Positions 12,155-23,300 of a stretch of 64,000 nt of DNA are shown here, one piece after another (position 1 is the first letter of the stretch; each line of letters opens with the position of its first letter). Origin of the DNA: Phoronis australis (lineage: Eukaryota; Animalia; Phoronida); NCBI GenBank assembly GCA_002633005.1, contig NMRA01000296.1:350399-414398 (forward strand), given 5' to 3'. The notes beneath the pieces are model-generated. The model was not told the DNA's origin and ran no database searches. It saw only the letters and a list, made by a program, of their open reading frames with translations. The position numbers and the translations under genes were made by a program.

Positions 12155-14370
12155 CCCTCACAAACAGCTCAAGTCAGATGTCTTCACTTTCTCTTAGTCA
12201 CTGGTGATGCAGTCATCAGGATGCTGCTTATTCCCTGGCAACGGAAGAAAGGCGTTGAGGAATTGTCCTCCGTCTTGTCAGGATTGCTTGGAAGGCATGC
12301 GATGGGTGTATGAAAAAGCTATAATGCCGCACTCCTAGGCGCAAGGAATTATTCCATAATGCCGAGTCAGCCATCGAACAGCTTTCTTGGTGTGAAAAAT
12401 AAACTACTTTGCAATTCTCATTACGCCAAAAAGGCATAAGGCCAGCTAGATGTAGTATGACAAAGGCATGGAAAATGTGATGAGCAATACAAAGCTATGA
12501 TTTTTGCACTCCAGACTAGTCCAGAAAGTTTTTTATATCCAGTGGTATGTAAATGAGTAAGTGGTGTTGCTTGGGTACGATGAAGGTTGGATAACATGGG
12601 CAGTAATTTTCTATACGGGTGGTGGATAGTAATTTATGTATTGCTACCTTTTAAAACACAAAGGCATCTATACGATGACTGAACACTCAAGTTCGAGTTT
12701 AGACGACGGTACAGGGTTGTAGTGAAAATTAGGCCGTCAGTGCTGAAGATATTTTTAAATTAATTTCACCCATTACAAGTTGATGTATAATTTTAAATTT
12801 TAAAGCAAATATGCCTTCAAAAAAGAGGTAGACTAGCAGAAAATGTACGACTTCTGCCCAATTTTTGAGACATCACAAGTTGTGAATTAATCACTGTAAC
12901 ACAAAAATTTCAGGTATGACGCAAAAGTATCTTTCAGAAAAGATGGACGAATGTCGTCAAAGTTGGTTACACCAAAAACCCTGTAGGAAACCAAATGACA
13001 TTTGAAAAGTAGACGGACATTTTTAATGCAAAATTGGATTATCGTAAAAATGGAATTTCAGCTACACCTCTTAATCAGTTCAATGCAAAACTTCTGCAAA
13101 GCAATAACTTCTGGTCATATGGGGCAGAAAACTACTACTGCCACCTGGTTGTAGATGGTAGTACTTCTGTCACTGAGGGTTGCATATAGAGCACTTGACT
13201 GATACTTTGTGAAAAGAACAGTTTATGTTGAACTGAGCATGCTCAAGACGTTTTATATAGATCTCAAAAGGGCAGTACGAGTCATGAGTGGTTAGTCACC
13301 ATTACTGACTGCTGATTGGTCAGATTATGAATTAGTCACTATTGCTGATTGCTGATTGGTCAGATTGCAAATCAGTCACCATTGCTTATAGGTCGAGGTT
13401 TAAAGTATTATTAAAGCTTGGCAAATATTAGTCAAGCTTACAAAGCAATGGTTACTGAGAGTGGGTGGGTACCAACTAACTGACCCACCTGGTTTGGTAT
13501 CTGCCCTCTCCAGTATCATTTGATGGTATTTTCTTGGGAGGACGAGGGGAGGGATCAGTCATATTGCCTCACATAAGGTTTCTTTATTTGATATTGGCTC
13601 CAGAATCTATTTTTGCAGTTGTCCAGATATTGCATTGGCTGGGCCTTCGTTCAAGTCAGGGGGCACTGCTTGTGCCTTGTGATTTTTTCCAACGGTGGGG
13701 AAATTAATTTCCCCCATTATTTCCAGTCATGGGGCATAGTTACCATCAGAGTGAATTCCACCTGCTCGGTAGACGAGAAATTCCGGGTTATTTTGTCTGA
13801 TTACTTTTGACAAACATGGTCTAGGCTAGATGTTGTTAATTCTTGTAAAAAATGGTGAGTTCAGCATAAAAGCTCTTTGCTGACTGTTCAGTAAGTTTAA
13901 ATTTCAACGGGCATCTTCAACTCGTTAGTATTGGTGGCAGGCTTACCTCAATTCTTAGTTGTTTATTTATTTATTGTAAAGAGTTATTTTGATGAAGTCG
14001 TGATTTATTGGCAATATACAGTGAGTTGTTAAATGTTAATTTAAATGTGATGTTTTATTGCCTATATGTGAGTTTAACTGTCTGTTTATTATTACTATCA
14101 TAAAAGAAATGAAATATTGATGCTATTTATTAATTACTTAGTATGCTTTGTCTTTCAGAATCTTTTCAGCAAGTCAAAGAAAAACAAGAATTTTTAAGAA
14201 ACATTTTTAATATTCTTATAAGCATAACGTGCTCAAAAGAGCAAATTAGGAAACAAAGAATTAAAAAATATCACACGGCTGGACAATGACTGAACATGTA
14301 TAAATAAATCGCAAAATGAAATAAAATAAATAAGTTTTGCAAAAAATCAGATCGTCATGATAATCATGAG

Positions 14371-17300
14371 TCACTGAGGTACGTGAAATCTGAAATTCAA
14401 TTCTGGTTTCATGAAATACACGTTAAAAACTTCACCTACGGGTAATTCAATGGCACTTCTCACAAACGGTTCCTCATTGTCTGCAAACAACTCTGTCTGT
14501 TCGTCCTCCACATCTTGTGTATTTAGGTCAGCCCAAACAGAGTTTCCCCGCTGTGCCTTTTGACAGTCACTATCCCTGTTTTGCTTTCTAGGAGCAGCCT
14601 CGTGTTCTGATTCTTTTCGACATGTTTTAAAGTTGCTGCATTTCTTCGACGCAGCAGACAAGAGTTGCTTATTTGCAACTGGTTTAGGTGGGTTTAAGCT
14701 TTTTGGCTTCTCAACTTTCTGAAAATACACAAACCCAATCATTAATGATGATCACATTAACATTGACCTGAAGTCACTTTTAGACAGTCTTGAAGAAATA
14801 CCCGAGAGGAGAGCCATACATTCCACAGAAGTCCCAGTCATCGCTGCATAATATTGTTTGGTTCTTATCTATACACGGAAACTAACTGCTATAAACAACT
14901 TTCTGCTGTCAAAAAAACATCATCCACAGGCATATTTTATCTTCCTCATCCAAAGCAAAGTTCCTGTGTGAAATTAAATGCCTGGAATCCCCGTGACCAC
15001 CATGCTACTTCGGCTGAGACAAGCCCTCGGTGACAAGGAACCACAACAAGACTGGTCTGAACCAATGATGAATTACAACTATCTTCCCAAATCTAGAATT
15101 TATTTCTAATCTGAATAACAATAACACGTGACCCATTTTGTAGCAGAAAAAAGCATCAAGTCAAATAATTCTTGACCGAGGGCGATGGTTTATTGCAGCA
15201 TTTTTAACAAGAGCAACGTGGAGCATTGATATGCTCCCATGAATGCATCATAAATGGTGTGCTTCTAGGGTTGTTTATTTGTATCGTAAAAATGGCCACT
15301 AGATGGTGCAAAATACATCAAATCCATCAGAAATCGGGAACATTCCATTGTTTCTTTAATAGAGAGCTATAAAAATCTGCCATGGAACTTCAGTGAAACA
15401 AAAGAAAATGGAAAAAAATGAAATTGCCACTAGAGGGCACAGCATTCGTCGGATCTGTCTGAAAGTCGTTGCTGTTAACTTCATATAAATATGCTTATTA
15501 AATTTAATAAAGATTCTGCAGTGGGTTTAGGAGACATAGCTATGGGCACAAAACAAAACTGCCACTAGGAGATGCACAGTAGTCAAAGTTGTCATCGTCA
15601 ACTGTCCTCTTCACACAGAGAACATATACACCAGTTTTCAAAATAATTCTCAAAATGGTTTTGTTGATAGAGGGGCAGACCCCAAAAATGCAAAAATGGC
15701 TACTAGGTGGCGCAAAATTCCTCGAGTCCATCCAAAAATGAAGGATAAATCGGTTTGGGTGATAGAGATGCCTATATTCCAAATCTTATGAAAATCCGTT
15801 GAGGACCTTTGAAGATACACAGGTAAACATAAAAATCTAAAATTGCCACTAGGGGGCACACTGGTAATAAACACTTGCTAAATTTAGTAAAGATCCTGCA
15901 GAGGATTTATGAGTTAAAGCTATGAGCGCAAAAAACAAAACTACCATTAGAAGATGCCACAGTAGTCAAAGTCATCAGAAAATCATTGCCACCAGACCTC
16001 TTCATAGTAAGTTCATACATGCAAATTTTCAAAATCATCCTTAGAGCGGTTTGGTTGATGGAGATGCCTATATTCCAAATTTTATGAAAATCTGTTGAGG
16101 ACCTTTGAAGACACAGAGGTAAACGTAAAAAATTAAAATTGCCACTAGGGGGCACACCGGTATTTGGATCCGTCCGAAAGTTCGCTCATGCCATCCCATC
16201 CTTGAAAGGAACATATGTGCAAAATTTCATGAACATACGTCAAAGGGTTTTAGAGATAGAGTAGCAGACGACGGACAGACATGGATGACGGCATAATGCA
16301 TCTACACATAACATGTGGGTGCACAAAAATCAAAGACGCAACTTGTGACTTTAATAGATTTTCTATAACCAGTGGCGATCAGACATCATGCTTTTGGTGC
16401 TTTGTATACTAGTTTTCCTCTTCTAAGAGGATTTACTTTTTTTGTTTCAATTTCCTCAAATTTAATTTCCTGTTTCCTCTTTGTCGTCCCTTTTTCATCA
16501 TTATTTTGACTTAATTTATGCCGAAAACGTTTCTTGCAGTTAAATTTTAATTAAGGCAAAAACATTTGTATCACACAAACCTATTTATTTGTAAAACGAT
16601 ACGTCACCTAGAAAATGTTTGTCATTGGTCATTATAGGCCCTGAAGAAATGACTATGGAACAGTATTGTCCCTGAGCCTTGGTACGGTACCATACATTCA
16701 ATGATAATGGTCTGATATAACGTTGCCGAATTTTGAGAACCAGTTTTCTCCACTAAATAACAGGCATCAAACTGGTTCTCAAAATACGGCGGGCAGATTA
16801 TATCAGACCATTTACCCATTCAACAGTATCCTCCCAGAGCCTTGTTACCATACCGTATATTCAACTTACCCGTTTTTGGCTAAACAGCTGAGGTTTCTTT
16901 CTAACAGCACCGCTGCCAAATTTGACGAAGTAGGCTTGATCGGAGATCTCCTTCTGAACGTCTGGCGGGAGGTGCACCCAGCCGTCCGAGTCAATGATTT
17001 GGTTCACATGTACTGCTATCTGCTGTTTGCAACTCTTGATGAGACTACGAACCATGGCAACAAATTCCTGGAATTAACAAATTAGCAAATTATTTGAATA
17101 TGAATTCTAGTTACATTCATGTTTTGTTCTTAAAGCTGCAATTCTCAGGTGAAAACATTCAGCTCATCAGGGATGGTTCTTGATGACAAGCTTATGTTAC
17201 TTGCAAACATCACTTCATAACATATGATGTCCACAGAAGTCAGCAGACACTTCTTAACATATTTTCCTGTGTAAAAATCTCATGATTTGTACATCAGTAC

Positions 17301-20300
17301 CACAAGTTCATTTTTTGAAAACAGACCATCCCTCACTTCTTACATGCTAAAAATTTTACTATGACTAGTAATATGACTGTTCTCAGAGTGTTGGGAGGCA
17401 TCGGAGACATGTCTCAGCTGACAATTCTCTACAGCAGTCAGTTCAAGTATCAAGGGGTGGTAATAGACCCTTTGGCAAAACAGGAAGCAAGGTGCTTTTC
17501 GTCCCACTTCTGCCAACCGCATGATGTTAACTTGTTTTCACACAGTGGGAATCCACTCGGGGTTTGCAAGACTGCATGCTGGTTTTCCGCAGGCAGAGCT
17601 ACAGAGCTTATGCTTGGCTATTCAACAAGAAGGTGTATTTTGTCCCACTTGTTTTGTTCAGGTGGGAAACTCACAAGTAGACTACTTGAAAGCTTACCAC
17701 GATCCGCAAAACACATATCACGGACAGGAAGCTCTCACCATGGAAGCGGCTCCATCATCACTTTTCATAATACACGAGTCGCGCAAAAAAGAATTACAGA
17801 CGTTAAACTGAAAGATGTGTAACAAGAGTTTTTTGTGCGTGGTAAGTTTTCATCACTAGCCAAGCTGAAGTCCGTGAGAGACGGACGCAACATCGCAAAA
17901 TCTAGTAAGTTTTATTTCAAATTCCGGTATTAGATTCAAATTTCATCTGTGTTTTCAGGTGAGAGGTAAGGAATGTCCCCCAATAGCAAGGGTTCCGTTC
18001 TATGTCATTCTGCACAGCCAAGGGTTTGACTACCACCCCGGTCAGTGTTGTAGGCAGTAATCACGAGCTCTTCATCTCACATCATTTGGTTACCATGAAT
18101 TTCACAATTATTTATGAGAAGCAGTACTATTATAGATATGTAAAGAATTCAAGGGCGAAATGGCCACTACTAAGTCTGATTGCACTTCTGTGTTCAACCA
18201 ATAGTCTCGATGGCTCAGTGAACTAGACAGTCTACCATTAGCAGAAGGTTCCGGGTTTGAGTCGCAGTTGGGGCAGAAATCATTTCACACTTATATTCAA
18301 AAGGTCAGGTGATGTGGCCACAGAAAGCGTGCTGACTAGACTTAGAAATGTTTGCGATAGACTAGTCCTATTTAAGGTAATTGTTGCCATGCCAACACAT
18401 CTATCATACATACATGTAGCGGGCCAACACGTAGTCACAAGCTGTACAAAATCATTAGGCAGGCCATATGTAGCCCACAGGGCATAAGTTACTGACCCCT
18501 GATTAAAATAGGCGTGTTTGGATGCCAAAATAAAATTTCTTCAGACTAATAAAATGTTTTCAAAACATTTGCTTGGTGGCCTACCATTCCCACCATCATT
18601 CCGGCTGTGGTCACATGATCAGCTACACTGCACAGATTGACATAACTACTGCACAGTCCATCAGCAGGGTGAATATTCAAAGCTTCAGTCAAGATAGTCT
18701 CCACAGTGACCAGGCCCCATGACCGACCCTAAAAGACAATAAATGAGACGGTAGGGTGCATCAACAATATTGATAAATCCTGAAAATGCAAAAATTACAC
18801 CATTCAACAATTCTATTCTCAGTGCCAAGAAAAAGAAACAAAATTGCACATTTGCTTTCCTCATATTTCTTCGCTGAGTGGACTAAATATTAGAATTCTC
18901 ATTAAAAATCATGTAAACACTTAGCTCAGAGTTTAGGAGAAGTCCAACACAGTTTGCCTTTAGTTAACTTAATAAGGAATGCAATCGGATTTACGATGTC
19001 ATTAAAGACTATTTTTAAACTATGTCGCCACTAAAATCTGATGAACTACAAGGTGACATTACGAATTACCTTGCTAAGCTCGAAAAAGCTCCTGTGATTG
19101 ACAACACCTACGAAATGACTGGCCAGGTATTTCACACACGCCTCCCTCACATGGACCAAAACTGAACTGACAGAATGAAACGAGTGACGCGGGGACAGCT
19201 TCTCCAACATATAGTTCACATCCATTACTGTTGACAACACAGTGGCAACACCCTGTGGCAAAACAAGTACTAGAGCGTCGTTACAGTAGACTAGTCAACA
19301 GTTGTCAAGACTTACTCCGCCATTAAATGTTGAAGATGAAATATCAGAAACGTTATATTTTTATAAATTATCATTTTGTTTAATGCAACTTCATTTTTTC
19401 ATAAAAATAATAAAGTCCTATTTTTGATTAATTCTTCTATAAACATAGTTGAACATTTTAAAAACAATTCCTAAAGCATTTTGGAAAACATTGCATTAAC
19501 CACAGTATCTGAACGTTTCATTTTAGCCAAATTTGCAATTTTTCTAGGGTCCTACAAGCTTGGCTACAGACACAAATACAAGGATTATAAATAGTTTCAA
19601 TCTCTTACCATATTGCTAATCACATGATCTCCGCACTCTGCAAGGAGCTCATTTGGAAGTTTGGCAAATCTCTCAGTGACCCAGATACGAGTAAAGTTCT
19701 TGACAACCCAGTCCAGGGCTGACCGGTAGATGGACGCGAAACTTTGGTAGTGGCAGGTGACCGTCAACACCTGGAGAACTCCCACGGAGCACACTCCACA
19801 TGGCTAAAGTATAATGAAAGTAGAACGTGTTATCCTCTACTAACGACATTCATGAGAGATTGGAACATTACTGGTTTCATGTTGCGAAAAAAACTGCGAA
19901 ATTTACCGCTGAGTCAAATCTGAAAGGTCTAGCTGGACTGTCATTAATGAAATTCACCAAATCAAAACGTGTGCGACTCATTCATACTGTGAATCTGGAT
20001 GAAGGAAAACTCTTCTCGTCAAAATATCATGGAATGCACCTACTTCGTAGATATGTGCCCAGTTCCATGAAGCAGTCCCAATAGGGACTTAACTGTGTTC
20101 CTTTTTAAGACTTCAGCGCATTTGTGGACTCACTAATCTTGTATTTTTCCATCAATTTATCTTGATAAAAAGCTCTTCTTTTACTTGTGACATTTAATAA
20201 AATATGATTCTTTATCTCAATGCAAATAAATAAATACTATGTCCTTAAACTAAGGGCGCAGATGAAAATGTCCCTGTTTATTTCCAATGATATCAAAAAT

Positions 20301-23300
20301 ACAGTTTACTTTTGCTATGTATCGAAAGCTAAAACTCGATGTAGAAATGAAGATAAATTAGCAGACGAAAGTACAATCAATGTTTGCACAAAGTCCACAA
20401 ATGCGCAAAACCTTTAGGGCACATTGATGAGTCCCTATTAGTACTGTTTCATTTAACCAACCAATGAAGACCAGGGGTCGGTTTCATGAAAAGTGATGAT
20501 GACTGAACACAGAACAAGAGCAACGTGGAGCATTGAAATGTGCCCACGAATGCATTGCAAATGGTGTGCTTTTAGGGTTATTTATTTGTATCATGGCCAC
20601 TAGATGGCGCAAAAACCTACAATCCATCCAAAATAGGAACATGCCATATTTCATAAAAATCTGTCAAAGAACTTCAGAGAAACAAAGGAAAACAGAATAA
20701 GATGAAATTGCCACAAGTGGGCAGTGTCCGTTGGATCCGCCTGAAAGTTGACGTCGTCTGTTGTTATCTTCATATAAATACACTTTCTAAATTTAGTAAA
20801 GATCCTGCAGTGGGTTTAAGAGATACAACTATGAGCGCAAAACAAAACTACCATTAGAAGGCGCCACAGTAGTCAGTCACCATCATCAAAGGTCATTTTC
20901 ACACTGAGAACATATATGCCAATTTTCAAATGATTTGGTTGATATAAGGGTGGACACCAAAAACAAGATTTGAAAACAGCTAAAATGGCCACTAGGTGGT
21001 GCAAAATACCTCGATTCCATCCAAAAACAGGAAGATAGCGTCATCACACCAATAGATGCCTACATTTAAAATTGTATGAAAATTTGTTGAGGACCTTTGA
21101 AGATACTGAGTTAAACGTAAAAAACTAAAATTGCCACTAGGGGGCACAGCAGTAGTCAGATCTGTCCGAAAGTCGTCGCCATCCGTAGTCAACAACATAT
21201 AAATACATTTGCTAAATTAAGTAAAGATCCTGTGAACGGTTTAGGAGATACAGTCATAGGAGCAACAAAAAACAAAACTGCCACTAGGAGGTGCCACAGT
21301 AGTCGAAATCGTCGGAAAATCATTGTCAACCGTTCTCTTTATAGTAAGCACATACATGCCAACTTTCACAATCATCCTTTGTGCGGTTTGGTTGATAGAG
21401 GGGTGGACGCAAAAAACAGACTCTAAAACAGTAAAAATGGCCACTAGGTAGCGCAAACTATGTCGAATCCATCCGAAAACAAAAGAATAGCGTCATCTCA
21501 CTAACAGGCGCCTACATACCAAATTTCATGAAAATCCCTTCAGGACTTTTGAAGATACAAAGGTAAGCGTAAAAAACTAAAATTGCCACTAGGGGGCACA
21601 TCGGTAGTCGGATCCGTCCAAAAGTTCGCTCATGCCGTTCCATTCATGAATGGAACATATGTGCCAAATTTCATGAATGTATGTCAAAGGGTTTTGGAGA
21701 TAGAGCAGCGGACGCCGGACGGACGCCGGACGGACGGACGGAAATGACGGCATAATGCGTCCACATATAAATATGTGGGCGCATAAAAATGGCCTTATGC
21801 TCCCACTTCACCGTTACAAACAAAGTTTTAGTCGTGTAATTGTAAACACATCACTGCATGAAAAAAACTTGTACAAATTTCCTCACAAAGTAACAGTTGT
21901 AGGTATAATGTCAGACACTTTATTCTTTTCCAAAGTGAGTTTCAATTATTATTTAGAAATAGTTATGTGAAGCATAAGACCGAATTTCTATCCTAAGCCT
22001 TAAATCACTTTCATGAAACAGACCTCAGAAGCACAGTAATAATCATTTTCCAATTTTGAAAACATTTTGATGGTCCTTTGCCTTTCTACTATTTTGGGTG
22101 ATTTTGAAAATGGAAATACATGGAATGAAATAAAAATAACTTTCCCAACAGCATTACGAAAATAATTCGCTTTTCCTTGGAATACATGGAAAACTCGCAT
22201 TTCTAAAGACAGCTTAAAAAACACTGCTCATTGCCAAGTCATGTCAAACTATGTCATTTGAGGTGTAACACGCTAACCGTTAAACGATGGTAATCAGCTG
22301 GCGATGAAATACCAGTTGTAAAGCAAGCTTCAAAGTCAATGAGAAAATTCAAGCAATAGATGAGGTAGGTTGGTGGGTGAGAGCTGACTTCTAAGTTTCA
22401 CTGTCGATCAAAGTCTGTCTCTGTTTTGGCACTTCATGCTTAAAAAAATCCAGTAACCCGGCAAGAAACAAAACAAAATAGACTGTAGTAATAAAACTAC
22501 AAAGACGAATACCGGTATGAAATATATTTAAAACAAACCATCATCTGGGAAGTGGCCTTTGTCAGGACAAACCCAAGTTGCCATTCTTAAGTTATTTTGT
22601 AATGTTTAAAATTCAATATTTCAGCCTATAATTCAGTGCAAATGCCAGAGAAAACCAATTTAGATGTAATAACAACCACCACTGTTGAGAAAGTAGTGTT
22701 AGCCATTACCGTTCTTCTTCATTAGCTTAGAGCTACAGGAATATAAAGAGCGTGCTGAATAGGCATCATAAAAGTTGTCTGAGGGCAAACGGAATCTCAG
22801 TGGTGACCAGTGTAAGCCAGACATTATGGCACGTTTTTACGGACTGTTGACAGGTTGAATAAATAAACAATTCTTACTTCTTCACTTCTTTTATGGACAC
22901 ATTCGTTAAAACAAAAAATAGCCTAACAGTATTGAGAAATGAAAGAATCAATAACTTGCACAATTACCTTATGAAAAAAATGGCAGAAGTGTTTCTTCAT
23001 GAGAAATGTCACCATTTCCTGGAATCCTGACAACATAAACATGTCAGTTATGGTCACTAGGTCACGGAGGTCAACCTCGGTTGGTTCAAAGGTCAACATG
23101 CCACCATACAAGAAGTGAAGCAGGTGTTGGAATGCAGTCGGGCTCACACTGGAAAAGAACATCAAGATATCATATAAATTTTACAAGCTAAGACGAAATC
23201 TTTTTCTTCCTTTAGAGCACGTTTGCGATAAAATCTATTTAAAAAAACAACGATTCCCTTTTAAACTGTCATTCTTTTAGAGCAGTTTCCAGTTAAATCC

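Noticed and set aside
15540-16155. Recurrent short ORFs (PPSGNF..., also at 20992-21456 and 45791-46760)
   Set aside because: They are translations of the HINE internal repeats and are broken at different places in each copy.
18205-18285. Possible tRNA gene
   Set aside because: The acceptor and anticodon stems do not pair properly; better explained as a SINE head.
20072-20092. agtccc-aata-gggact stem resembling hammerhead stem II (also tgatgagtccc at about 20425)
   Set aside because: The flanking CUGANGA and GAAA core nucleotides do not occur together on either strand.
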